A stretch of 64,000 nucleotides of DNA from NCBI GenBank assembly GCA_000165345.1, contig CM000436.1, positions 192,001-256,000 on the forward strand, in the 5' to 3' direction. The notes beneath the pieces were generated by a model that saw nothing but the letters and a program-made list of their open reading frames with translations, made no database searches and had not been told where the DNA came from. Positions 16,185-26,151 of this stretch are shown in pieces. The position numbers were made by a program, and so were the translations under genes. The first letter of the stretch is position 1. Each line of letters starts with the position of its first letter.

Positions 16185-19139
16185 TTGTACCAAAGTAATA
16201 AGAATCCGGTATTATATGAGTATCAATATGGAAATAATCAAATGGCATTCCTAACAAAGTTAAAAACGAGTAAATTTTCTTCTGGTGTAAAAGCGGCCAA
16301 AGAAACAACATATGAAGAGTTATCAAAGGAGGAAAATGATGAAATTGAATATCCAGAAGAGAAGATGGTGGTCTTTAGAGATAGACAAAAAGCAAATATT
16401 CAGTCAAGAATTGGAGGCTTAAGCAAGAATATGAGTAATATAAGTAATGCTGGTGGCGGAATGGAGGATGATTATGAACAGAATATGGTAATATCTCACT
16501 TAAAGGATAGAGAAAAGACAGAAGAGGACATAAAAACTATTTCCAAAGCATTGGCAGGAAACGTAGTGGGAGCTTCACTGAATGAATCTGAAATTGCTAC
16601 TTTGGTCAGTTCCATGCATTATTACGAATATGAAGTGGGGGAAGTGGTAATTGAGCAAGGAGCATCTGGATTTTACTTTTTTGTCATTTCAACAGGAAGT
16701 TTTGGGGTTGAGATTAATGGTAACAGAGTCAACACAATGTCAGAAGGAACAGCTTTTGGAGAATTAGCGCTTATTCACAATACTCCAAGAAGTGCTACCA
16801 TTCTTGTTATTGAAAAAGGAGGACTTTGGGGACTTGGAAGATCCACTTTTAGAGATACACTGAGACTTATTTCATCTCGAAATTATGAGGAAAATAGGGC
16901 ATTCATTGAAAGCTTATCAATATTTTCAGGTCTTACTGACAAACAAAAGAGTCTCTTATCTGAAGCTTTAGTTAGAGAGATTTTTGTTAAAGATCAGGTC
17001 ATTATTAGAGAAAAAGAAATTGGTAATGTATTATACATGATTAAGAGTGGTATTGTTGGAGTTTTTGTTGAAGATAAATATATTCGTTCTTTAAATGAGG
17101 GAGACGCCTTTGGAGAGAGATCTCTAATGTTTGACGAACCAAGGTCTGCAACAGTAATAGCAAATGCAACAACTGAATGTTTAACTTTGAATAGAGGAAT
17201 TCTTACCCAGATTTTAGGTAACTTAGGACAAGTTCTGAGCAAAAACTTAATTCAACAATCTCTACAAAATTCTCCAATATTTAAGCAATTTACAAAAAAT
17301 CAAATGCAAATATTACTTGATAAGATTTCTATTAAGACTTTTCAAAAAGACGTTATTTTGTCTACTGCAGAGACTAAAGCACTTAATATGAGAGCCTTTG
17401 TCATCTTGGAAGGAGAGGTGCAAGTCTCTCTTCCATCAAATTGGCTTTCTAGAAGGGCCAGTAGTTTAACTTCTATGGTTATCGATAAATCTATTGGTTC
17501 TGTCAATAATTACTCACTTTCTGATTACATTAATGTTAACTTAGGAAGAGGAGATTATTTTGGGGATGACTTTGTTTTTCATCCAAAAATTCCATTTGTA
17601 TGCAAGATTGAAATGAAAAGTGAAACTAAAATTGGAGTAATCACATCTTCAATGCTTTCTGAATGCTTTGGGGATGAGAATGTTGATGTTGGACTTGAAA
17701 TTAACAGAAAAAGAGATGCAATCAAGTCGTGCTTTGTCTTCCAATACGTTTCTGAGCAACAACTAAGTCTTTTGGTAAAGTCTTTAAGGCTTGTAAAGTT
17801 TACTAGCGGTGAAAAAATTGTTGTACAAGGTGACAAAGGAACTGCTTTTTTCATTTTACAGTCTGGAGAAGTAGCTGTTTATAGAAATAACAAGTTTATT
17901 CGTTATCTTGGAAAAAATGACTACTTTGGCGAAAGAGCTCTGCTTTATGATGAATTAAGATCTGCTACTATTGAGGCTGCAACCCCTGAGGTGCATCTAT
18001 GGACTGTAGACAAAGAAGCCTTTCTTAAAATTGTTGAACCTCCAATGAGACGATATCTTGATGAAAGAATAAAGCTACAGGAAACCAGAGTGCAAATGAG
18101 TGATTTAAAGATTCTTCAAACAATTGGTAAAGGAACATTTGGAGTCGTTTATATGGTTGAAAATATTAAATCAGGAAATAAATATGCACTTAAGAAAATT
18201 TCCAAGTCACGAATTTTGGCGCTCAATATGCAGGCACATGTAAAATTGGAAAGGTCCATTTTGGCGCTCAATGACCATCCATTTATTATTAAACTTGTTA
18301 GAACATTTAAGGATTCAGAAAATATATATTTGTTGACAGAATTGATTCCTGGAGGAGAGCTATATGATGCATTACAAAGAATTGGTTTATTAACACGGTA
18401 TCAAGCTCAATTTTATATTGGCTCAATTATTCTAGCTCTCGAGTATTTACATGAGAGATCTATTGTATATAGAGATTTGAAGCCTGAAAATATATTACTA
18501 GATTCTCAGGGATATATTAAATTGATTGATTTTGGTTGTGCAAAAAAGATTGCTGGTAGAAGTTATACTTTGGCAGGTACCCCACATTACATGGCTCCAG
18601 AGGTTATTCTTGGAAAGGGATATAACTTAAGTTGTGATGCATGGGCTATTGGAATTTGCTTATATGAGTTTTTATGTGGTTGTCTTCCATTTGGAAACGA
18701 TGCTGTTGACCATTTGGAGATTTTTAAGGATATTTTGACTTCAAAGTTGGTATTTCCAAGACATTTGAATGATGTTGATACTGTTAATATAATAAAGAGA
18801 TTATTATGTAGGGTTCCAGAGGTTAGGATGGGATGTTCAGCTACTGGCTATAAGGAAATCAAGGACAATGTATTTTTTAAGGATTTTAATTTTGATAGGT
18901 TGTTAGGCAGGAGTTATGTTGCTCCATTAGTTAGGAAGTATCGAGTTTTTGCAAAAAATACAGAAAATGAGAATATAGTTGAGAATATTACTGAAGTTAG
19001 TCAGAATGAGGAGGCTTTGAGTCCTAATACCCATAATATTAAGTCCAAGCAGAAAATAAGTTTCAATGCTTCCAAAAATCACTCTGTAAGTACAAGAGGA
19101 AACAAGATGGATGAGTATGATTGGGATATAGAGTTTTAA
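16185..19139 (+). CDS. PKG: cGMP-dependent protein kinase (PKG) with four cNMP-binding domains and a C-terminal Ser/Thr kinase domain. The probable true start is the ATG at 16242 (MAFLTKL...).
   Basis: Repeated FGELALI/FGERSL/FGERALL cNMP-binding motifs are present. Kinase motifs GKGTFGVV, YRDLKPENILLD, DFG and GTPHYMAPE are present. The C-terminal DEYDWDIEF resembles apicomplexan PKG C-termini. The ORF-track start at 16185 is a TTG codon. Confidence 0.9.
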   Translation: MYQSNKNPVLYEYQYGNNQMAFLTKLKTSKFSSGVKAAKETTYEELSKEENDEIEYPEEKMVVFRDRQKANIQSRIGGLSKNMSNISNAGGGMEDDYEQNMVISHLKDREKTEEDIKTISKALAGNVVGASLNESEIATLVSSMHYYEYEVGEVVIEQGASGFYFFVISTGSFGVEINGNRVNTMSEGTAFGELALIHNTPRSATILVIEKGGLWGLGRSTFRDTLRLISSRNYEENRAFIESLSIFSGLTDKQKSLLSEALVREIFVKDQVIIREKEIGNVLYMIKSGIVGVFVEDKYIRSLNEGDAFGERSLMFDEPRSATVIANATTECLTLNRGILTQILGNLGQVLSKNLIQQSLQNSPIFKQFTKNQMQILLDKISIKTFQKDVILSTAETKALNMRAFVILEGEVQVSLPSNWLSRRASSLTSMVIDKSIGSVNNYSLSDYINVNLGRGDYFGDDFVFHPKIPFVCKIEMKSETKIGVITSSMLSECFGDENVDVGLEINRKRDAIKSCFVFQYVSEQQLSLLVKSLRLVKFTSGEKIVVQGDKGTAFFILQSGEVAVYRNNKFIRYLGKNDYFGERALLYDELRSATIEAATPEVHLWTVDKEAFLKIVEPPMRRYLDERIKLQETRVQMSDLKILQTIGKGTFGVVYMVENIKSGNKYALKKISKSRILALNMQAHVKLERSILALNDHPFIIKLVRTFKDSENIYLLTELIPGGELYDALQRIGLLTRYQAQFYIGSIILALEYLHERSIVYRDLKPENILLDSQGYIKLIDFGCAKKIAGRSYTLAGTPHYMAPEVILGKGYNLSCDAWAIGICLYEFLCGCLPFGNDAVDHLEIFKDILTSKLVFPRHLNDVDTVNIIKRLLCRVPEVRMGCSATGYKEIKDNVFFKDFNFDRLLGRSYVAPLVRKYRVFAKNTENENIVENITEVSQNEEALSPNTHNIKSKQKISFNASKNHSVSTRGNKMDEYDWDIEF

Positions 19140-19342
19140 TTTTATATTACTTCATTCTATTCCCTCCATGCTAATCATAAAAGTACTTAAAACCCTTATA
19201 CTATGAAGAACTGAGGAATATCGGAGAGAATGAGGGTAATATCTGCCTAGTTGAGATAAATAGAAATAGGGTATGATAGCAAATATAAATATTAATGATT
19301 TTATAAATTAATATGTAAGTTACATTCTATAAACTAAGTGAG

Positions 19343-20620
19343 CTAATCTTCGCTATATTTTTTTAAATACCCAAAAGAAAAGAATGTGGCAATTGTAGTT
19401 ACTGTATATTTGGCATTTATATCTTCGTAGTAAGGGAAAAGTAGCTCATAGATGAGTTGTTTGTTAAATGCAGACAAGCAAACAACTGTAAGTGTAAGAA
19501 ATGAAGCAATTACAGATGCCCCACTAAGTCTAAAAACTTCAGTAACTGAAAAATCTCGAAAGCTTATTTGAAATTTAGTAAAGCTAGCAACTTCGTATTC
19601 TTGAGTTGAAGAACTACTCTTTTCAATACATCTTCTAATACTTGAATTATGGTAGAATTTGTTGTTCATAATTCTGATCCAATAGGGCATTCTACAGCGT
19701 TCAGGTCTTACTTTGGACATTCTAGAATTAAAATTCTTCTGTGAAACTACTATTTCATATTCATTTTCTTGTCTCGAAACATAACCTTTAATTATATAAA
19801 AATAGAATTTTTCTACATCAAAAACATAATTTTTGAGCAACTTTAATGAAACCTGAGCGTAATTACCAATGTTAGAATAGAACCAAGAAGGTTCTACAGA
19901 TTCTGCATGCTGATTTGCAATAATCATAGGCTGATCATATATTCCAATCTTTAATATTTCACTAATGGAATAACTTTCCCTAGTATTGTTAGTAATTTGG
20001 GTATTATTCTTAATCATGAATCCATGCTCAGAAGATGAATCTTTATGAGGATTAGTGGAATTTACTGGTTTCAAATATTTGATTCCAATAGATATACTAT
20101 CTACATCAAATCCATCAAGAGTTGGTCTTTGAAAAAGAAAAAAAGGAGGATTCAAAATAGCATGACTTCTTCTGCTAAAAAATTTCTGATTCCACATATC
20201 AATACACAAACACTGTTCATGATTACTAATACTTTGTTTCTCCCAATAACATTTTCTAATTTTTGGATGAAAACTAAAGTAATTTTTATTCGCATGTTTA
20301 TATATTAAAATAACTTTAAGCCGGTCATTAAGATAAGCATCTAAAATACTATCTTTTTGAGAAACATGGGGGAGGGAGCATATAGTCATTGAAGGAACTT
20401 CTAATCTTGAATATACAGCAATTGTGGTAGAAATATTTGTAAGTTGGCCAGTTTTTAGAAAAATAAAAAAGAAGATAAAGGCCCAGTAGAGACCAAGTAG
20501 TAATAAGGAGGAAATGATGATTAAAGCCACTATTTCAGTCAATTTGGAATTTGGACCCTTCCCAAACGACCCTTTTGGAACTAACAACTCCTTAATAGAG
20601 GTAAGAAAAGAAAGAATCAT
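19343..20620 (-). CDS. Two-pass membrane protein (425 aa) with a short N-terminus, TM1, a loop of about 290 aa, TM2 and a short C-terminus. It is a candidate ENaC/degenerin/ASIC-like channel subunit (see findings).
   Basis: Hydrophobic segments lie at aa ~28-55 and ~365-387. VPSMTIC follows about 20 aa after TM1, and GASVI lies in TM2. Confidence 0.6.
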   Translation of the reverse strand: MILSFLTSIKELLVPKGSFGKGPNSKLTEIVALIIISSLLLLGLYWAFIFFFIFLKTGQLTNISTTIAVYSRLEVPSMTICSLPHVSQKDSILDAYLNDRLKVILIYKHANKNYFSFHPKIRKCYWEKQSISNHEQCLCIDMWNQKFFSRRSHAILNPPFFLFQRPTLDGFDVDSISIGIKYLKPVNSTNPHKDSSSEHGFMIKNNTQITNNTRESYSISEILKIGIYDQPMIIANQHAESVEPSWFYSNIGNYAQVSLKLLKNYVFDVEKFYFYIIKGYVSRQENEYEIVVSQKNFNSRMSKVRPERCRMPYWIRIMNNKFYHNSSIRRCIEKSSSSTQEYEVASFTKFQISFRDFSVTEVFRLSGASVIASFLTLTVVCLSAFNKQLIYELLFPYYEDINAKYTVTTIATFFSFGYLKKYSED

Positions 20621-20850
20621 ACCTTCAAATTGTTTTGTTAAGTTAATATAGCTGTCAAAGGTGTTAATAAGTGAACTAAAGCTATAAGTAAATCATCTCA
20701 TTGAAACAGAGCCACAAATCTTCAAGTCCATATACTTTTGTTTTCACCTTCTTGTTCTTTCTGTTCGTATTTCTTTTTTCCTTAGCCTCGTTTTACTATA
20801 ATTATTTTCAACTTTAAGGCAATTATCTTAATTTTAAATTCGGTCAAGCT

Positions 20851-20915
20851 GCCGCCGGCGCCAAGGTGCACTTTTGCTGTTTGTGGTGTGGGGAGAAAAG
20901 CCGGTTTTAATGGCA
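20851..20915. promoter_or_regulatory. GC-rich island (gccgccGGCGCCAAggtgcacttttgctgtttgtggtgtggggagaaaagccggtttt) containing an E2F-like core, sited between divergent genes.
   Basis: Seen in the sequence. It stands out strongly against the AT-rich surroundings. Confidence 0.45.
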
Positions 20916-21206
20916 AATAGATTAAAAATAAGAGGGAAAATTGGTAAAGTGAAATTAGAAAAAAAAAAAGGAGTAAATTAAAAGAATTTCACTGAAGATT
21001 ATTGAGCCGTGATTAAGCGAAAAAGTGGAGAACTTTTTCGGGTTGTGATTATTGAAATGTATTTTTGTCGGATATAATGAAATCTTTATAAAGATTTTTT
21101 TTAAAAAACAGAAAATAACTTGAAAGGAAGTGAAATCGTGATTACCACGTAGTAATTGAATAGAAGTACATTTTCATAAGAAATTAGTTACTTACATCTG
21201 GGTAAT

Positions 21207-24200
21207 ATGGGAGATTTTGAGGAAAATGCAGATTATAGCGATGAGTTATGCATTAAAGCTTTGAATAATTTGAATAGGCCTCCTGAAATAGATGAGCCAT
21301 TTTTAGAATTTTTCAAGCCAAAGCCAAAATTAAGAATAAAGCAGAAGTCAAGAGGTAAATCTTTGGATATTAGCGATGTTCCTAGGGCTTATGGTGTATT
21401 TGGCGAAGAACTGGAACAACCTGGTCCAGACAACATTCAAAAGTCTGTTTCTGCAAGCAGGAGTGAATTAAATACTTTACATGAGGATCATGATACTAGA
21501 AGGTTAAGCAGTGGTATTAATAACATTAGAAGGGTCAGAAGTGAAATGGGGAGATTTAATAAGACAACTGATGGAACGAAGGCAGAGAATTTGCTAAGCA
21601 GTATTTTGATCTTACCAGACCAGTCTGGAAAAAAAGGAGGCTCTAGGACTGAAGTAAGAAAAAGGAAATTGAACAGTAATGCAAGTATAAATTCGTCTAT
21701 AAAAGATGAATTTCTTTCAGTAGCTACTCCTATTTCTCCTTATGTAATTTCTCCAAAAAATAATAATTTTGATTATTCAAGTGGAAATGTCCATAATAAA
21801 AAGCTTACAGAGAAAAATATTGACTTATTAAAGTCTCTGATTGAGATTAAGGAAAAGGAATTGAACAATTTAAACACAACCTATAGTTATGAGAAATCAG
21901 AATTCAAACTTGAAATAATTCGACTTAAGCAAATAATTAAAGAAAGTGAAGAAAGTCACTTGCAATTACAGAAGGAAATTGTGGAAAGGGATGAAGCTTT
22001 AGCAGAATCAAGACGAAACTACGAGAAACTGGAATTAGATTTTGTATCAACAAAGCAGTCATTAGAAATAATGCTTGAAGCGGAGAGGAATGCAAATCAA
22101 CATCTTAGACAAGAATTAAGAGAAAAAAATGCCAATGACTCAAGTTTAGGATACTTTGGTGAAAACGGTATTTTGGAGCTTCAAAACTATAAGCTAAAGT
22201 ATTTTGAGGCAATGAGAAAACTTCAGAGACTAGAAACAGAGATGGTAATAAATAGGAATAAAGGATATAAACTTGAGGAAGATAGAGAATTTGTGAATAA
22301 TGATTCAGTTCCTATTTTTGTAGGCTTACCTGAAAATAGGCAATTTACCTCTGAATATAATCCAGAAAACCTAGGGACAAATTTGGAGGTCTGTTTGAAT
22401 ATTAAGGAAAACTTTGAAGAGATTCGAAGCAATACGGAAATCATCCAGTTGGTTTCAGAAAATTCCTTGTTAGAAGAGAAATTGATAAAATTAAGAGAGG
22501 AGCTTGAAATGGAGAAGAATAAATCGATAGTTGCAAATATAAGACATTTAACTCAAAAGCCAATTTTGATTTCTTCTTGTACTAGTACGCGCCTTTCAAT
22601 GCATGAAATTGAGACTATGGAAGCAAAAGCTACTCAGTATGAACAGAAATATGAGCATACTAGATTAAGATTATGCAGAAATACAATTAGCATTCAGATT
22701 ATATATCCCAAAAATCAACTTAGTATTCAAAAACTTGGTAGCCTTGGAATCCAAATGGATTTAAATTTTGAATCAAAATTAGATAAATCAATTCAAACTC
22801 ATGTGGATGAAAATGTGTGTGCGCATGTAAATACCGGTAATATTACGATTGACATGCAAAATACGCAGAGCGAAGTTACAGTGAATATTGAAAAAATTCA
22901 AGATGAGATAAGGAGCGAGAATGACATTAGTTTGTATGATTTGGCTTTTAAGGATTATAATTTTGTCCCAAAATTGCTCAAAAACTATGCTAAGAATGTA
23001 GATACTCAGACTGAAGATGTTAAAGAATATGTAAACATAAATAAAGAGTTTAATTCTGAGATTAACGGGGTTAGAGTTGAGAATTGTAAAGATAAGCAAA
23101 TTAAAAGGGATTTGGGTAGGAATTATTTAATAGGCCGAAAGTGTGAATTTTTAAAAACAGTAATACTTGAATTGAAGTTTGATATAATAGAATTGAAAAA
23201 AGTTATAATGAAATTTATAGGTCAGCCACAAAATTTGACGGAAGCCTTTGAAAGTTTAATTAATAATGGATATGATACTATGAATGCGGATTTTTATAGA
23301 GGAGAACATCTTTTAGAAATTGTTGCATCTATTCTTTCAAAGATATTCAATATGTACCTGGAAAAGTCAAATCAAATTGAGGAATTTATACGGAAAGATA
23401 AAGATTGGATGAGTTATTCAAGTAAGATAGAATCAGAATTCAATAAATATTCTCTAGAAAAGTCCGAACTCATAGGTGAGATAAACTACCTTAGAAAGAT
23501 GTTGAATGAAAACACAGAAAAAGAGAAAAAAGTGACTAATGATAAAGTTGAAAGAGGTATAAATGTTCCAAACTACAATGGAGACGATGATGTTATGAGT
23601 TGTTACACTTTTGGTGAATCCTCTAGTGTCAATTTGGAAAATGAAACAGAATGGAACATTGATGACTTTAGTCTTACGAAGTTGGTAAACTCAAGAAATA
23701 ATATTGATGTGTCGAATATTGAGCCATTAAATACAGAACTAGAGATTGTTGAGGAGTCGAAAAGCATAACTAAGGTGAAGAATGAAAGTGATAGCTTTAA
23801 TAAGATTGTAAAGCTTCAGGGTAGGATTCGATCGTTCAAACAAAACCGAATTAAGCTACATTCTATTGAAAAAGATGGTGATAGCTTAAGTAATCAAATA
23901 GGGAAGTCTTTAATCCCATATAAAAAGAATAGTTTTCATAACAGTGAAGTTTTGAGTGTTCAGGAAAATATCGAGTTTGAAGATATTAATTCACTTTTAT
24001 TTCGTCATTCACCTCCTCAAATGAATGGAGATGAATTAGCAAATTTAGGAGAATTAGAAGGAATGACAGGTACAGCAATGATGCTGAGATTATATCGTTA
24101 TTATAAACAAACAAAACTATTAGAAAAACAGGTAATACAACTATCCAAAGAAAAACAAAAATTGGAATTAGAATATGAAAAGGATGTTCAATCTAGTCAG

Positions 24201-24794
24201 ATGAATCTTTTATCCTCCAAACTTATTATTGAGGCCAGAGATATGGAGATTAAAACTCTTAAAGAAAAGTGTGAATTTCTCAACAATAAACTGGAAGATG
24301 ATATAAAAAATATTAAATCTGCAGCTAGAGAGGAAATTGAAAAAGTCTGGAAACCTAAAGTGGACGAAATTAATTCTAAATGTGAAGATTATTTATTTAA
24401 AATTGGCTCTTTGGAAAGCGAACTGCTTATTATTCGTCAACAACTAGCATTCCAAAAGCAGCTAAATTCTAAGGAAACTAAGAAAAATGAATATAGCAGT
24501 ATTATTAAAGGTAAATATTTTACTGGCGTAAATTCAGATAAATATAAACGATTTTCTAGGGAGCTAATTGAAAAGATATCATATGGAGTTGATAAGTTTG
24601 AATTAAAAAGTAATGAAATTAATGATGATGTTGATGATGAGTCTGATTCTTCGATAGAAAATAGTGCTTCAGTTAATATTAAATCAGCTGTTGAAGCTAG
24701 AGGTGATGATTCTGATGATCAAAACATTTCTAGCTTAAAATCTGCATTGTCAAAATTAAAAACAGTTTCTAATGAATATAAATCATTCAATTAG
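21207..24794 (+). CDS. Large coiled-coil protein (1195 aa), hypothetical.
   Basis: Uninterrupted ORF with E/K/L/Q-rich heptad-like composition throughout. I recognise no enzymatic motif. Confidence 0.7.
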   Translation: MGDFEENADYSDELCIKALNNLNRPPEIDEPFLEFFKPKPKLRIKQKSRGKSLDISDVPRAYGVFGEELEQPGPDNIQKSVSASRSELNTLHEDHDTRRLSSGINNIRRVRSEMGRFNKTTDGTKAENLLSSILILPDQSGKKGGSRTEVRKRKLNSNASINSSIKDEFLSVATPISPYVISPKNNNFDYSSGNVHNKKLTEKNIDLLKSLIEIKEKELNNLNTTYSYEKSEFKLEIIRLKQIIKESEESHLQLQKEIVERDEALAESRRNYEKLELDFVSTKQSLEIMLEAERNANQHLRQELREKNANDSSLGYFGENGILELQNYKLKYFEAMRKLQRLETEMVINRNKGYKLEEDREFVNNDSVPIFVGLPENRQFTSEYNPENLGTNLEVCLNIKENFEEIRSNTEIIQLVSENSLLEEKLIKLREELEMEKNKSIVANIRHLTQKPILISSCTSTRLSMHEIETMEAKATQYEQKYEHTRLRLCRNTISIQIIYPKNQLSIQKLGSLGIQMDLNFESKLDKSIQTHVDENVCAHVNTGNITIDMQNTQSEVTVNIEKIQDEIRSENDISLYDLAFKDYNFVPKLLKNYAKNVDTQTEDVKEYVNINKEFNSEINGVRVENCKDKQIKRDLGRNYLIGRKCEFLKTVILELKFDIIELKKVIMKFIGQPQNLTEAFESLINNGYDTMNADFYRGEHLLEIVASILSKIFNMYLEKSNQIEEFIRKDKDWMSYSSKIESEFNKYSLEKSELIGEINYLRKMLNENTEKEKKVTNDKVERGINVPNYNGDDDVMSCYTFGESSSVNLENETEWNIDDFSLTKLVNSRNNIDVSNIEPLNTELEIVEESKSITKVKNESDSFNKIVKLQGRIRSFKQNRIKLHSIEKDGDSLSNQIGKSLIPYKKNSFHNSEVLSVQENIEFEDINSLLFRHSPPQMNGDELANLGELEGMTGTAMMLRLYRYYKQTKLLEKQVIQLSKEKQKLELEYEKDVQSSQMNLLSSKLIIEARDMEIKTLKEKCEFLNNKLEDDIKNIKSAAREEIEKVWKPKVDEINSKCEDYLFKIGSLESELLIIRQQLAFQKQLNSKETKKNEYSSIIKGKYFTGVNSDKYKRFSRELIEKISYGVDKFELKSNEINDDVDDESDSSIENSASVNIKSAVEARGDDSDDQNISSLKSALSKLKTVSNEYKSFN

Positions 24795-24855
24795 TTTGAT
24801 TCCTCTTTGTTCTTACTCTAATATTAATTTATAATTTTTTTTTTTAATGTGGATA

Positions 24856-24932
24856 CATGCATGCAATCTTGCTTATATTAACGGTATTTTGCATTACGTG
24901 GCAATTATATTTAAAAAAATGACGTGTGAAAT
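24856..24932. promoter_or_regulatory. Promoter word cluster acATGCATGCaatc ... aACGGTATtttgcattACGTGgcaa ... tgACGTGTgaaat, upstream of the CCCH zinc-finger gene.
   Basis: Seen in the sequence. Confidence 0.45.
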
Positions 24933-25029
24933 AGCTCCTTGTGGAGGAATTATTAATAAAAATTTTTAATATAATAATTTTTTTTGTAGTTTAGGGATGA
25001 AAAAACTGAAGTAAATAATTCTACTAATA

Positions 25030-26034
25030 ATGAGAAAAGATCGCAATTCATTGAACTATAATAGAAGTATTATTGTTAAAAAAGAGGAGAATGAGATAAA
25101 TCAAACGGAATCATTGAATCAAGGTGTTGAAAAAAATGCCTTAATTAGCAATATTCATGGAGCGGAAGACTCAAATAAGAAACATTATTTATTAACAATA
25201 TACGAATTATATGTATTTAGAACTGTGGTATGCAGTTCTCATTTGCAGGGGAAATGTAAGAATTCTGACAGCTGCCCATTCAGTCATTGCTTGACATGGC
25301 AAAGAAGGAATCCAAATGATCATTACTATTCACCTAAATTATGCCCAGAAATATGTTTTGTAAAGAGCAATGAAAAGATGAATTTAATAAGAAGGTGCAG
25401 AAAAGGGAAGTTATGTACATTTGCTCATTCAAAGGAGGAGCAGTTATATCATCCACTTATGTATAAGACTAAAGAGTGCTCATTATATCCAAATTGTAAT
25501 AGATATTATTGCCCTTTTTCTCATGGTATTGAACAAATTAGAGCTCCAGAAAAGGTAAGAGAATCTATTGAAGAAGTAATCAAGAATAACTCACAAGGTA
25601 TTTTGAAAAATCCGTACTTGTTATTATCTAGCATTGTGGAGACTGGGAACAAGTCAAAAAATGATATTAGAATTAATAAACATAAAAAATCGTATTTAGA
25701 TGTTACGCAAAACAAAAAAGATACTCTTTTAATGTCAAAACAGCAAAATCCTAGATTCAACGACAATAAAATTAATACAATTCAAGAATTAGAAGAAAAA
25801 GACATCAACTCTATATGGGATTCCGTTGATAACTGGAATTTGAATGCACCAAATATTAATTTTCATCCAGCATTTATGGAAATTATGTCATTTAATGAAC
25901 AGGACCAACGTCTCGTACATCCAGATTTCGATCCATGTTCTTTTAGAAATATAGCACCTGAAAACAAATTTGAGACAGAATATGATCAAATCTGGAAGGA
26001 AATATCAACTGAATACAACAAAAAAAAATTATGA
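25030..26034 (+). CDS. CCCH-type zinc-finger protein (334 aa) with at least two C-x7-8-C-x4-5-C-x3-H fingers.
   Basis: The motifs are C-SSHLQGK-C-KNSDS-C-PFS-H and C-SLYPN-C-NRYY-C-PFS-H. Confidence 0.7.
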   Translation: MRKDRNSLNYNRSIIVKKEENEINQTESLNQGVEKNALISNIHGAEDSNKKHYLLTIYELYVFRTVVCSSHLQGKCKNSDSCPFSHCLTWQRRNPNDHYYSPKLCPEICFVKSNEKMNLIRRCRKGKLCTFAHSKEEQLYHPLMYKTKECSLYPNCNRYYCPFSHGIEQIRAPEKVRESIEEVIKNNSQGILKNPYLLLSSIVETGNKSKNDIRINKHKKSYLDVTQNKKDTLLMSKQQNPRFNDNKINTIQELEEKDINSIWDSVDNWNLNAPNINFHPAFMEIMSFNEQDQRLVHPDFDPCSFRNIAPENKFETEYDQIWKEISTEYNKKKL

Positions 26035-26151
26035 GTAGATTTAATATATTATCAATAAAAATCATGAAAACATTAAATTCCATTCTATATCAAAATAAAA
26101 AATAAATGAAAGAAATTGATCCCAATATATGATCAAACAAAAAATAAGCAT

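Noticed and set aside
18215-18270. Two copies of attttggcgctcaat, an E2F-like word, 30 bp apart inside the PKG kinase domain.
   Set aside because: They encode a duplicated ILALN peptide within a region that aligns to other PKGs. It is most likely coincidental codon usage rather than an intragenic regulatory element.
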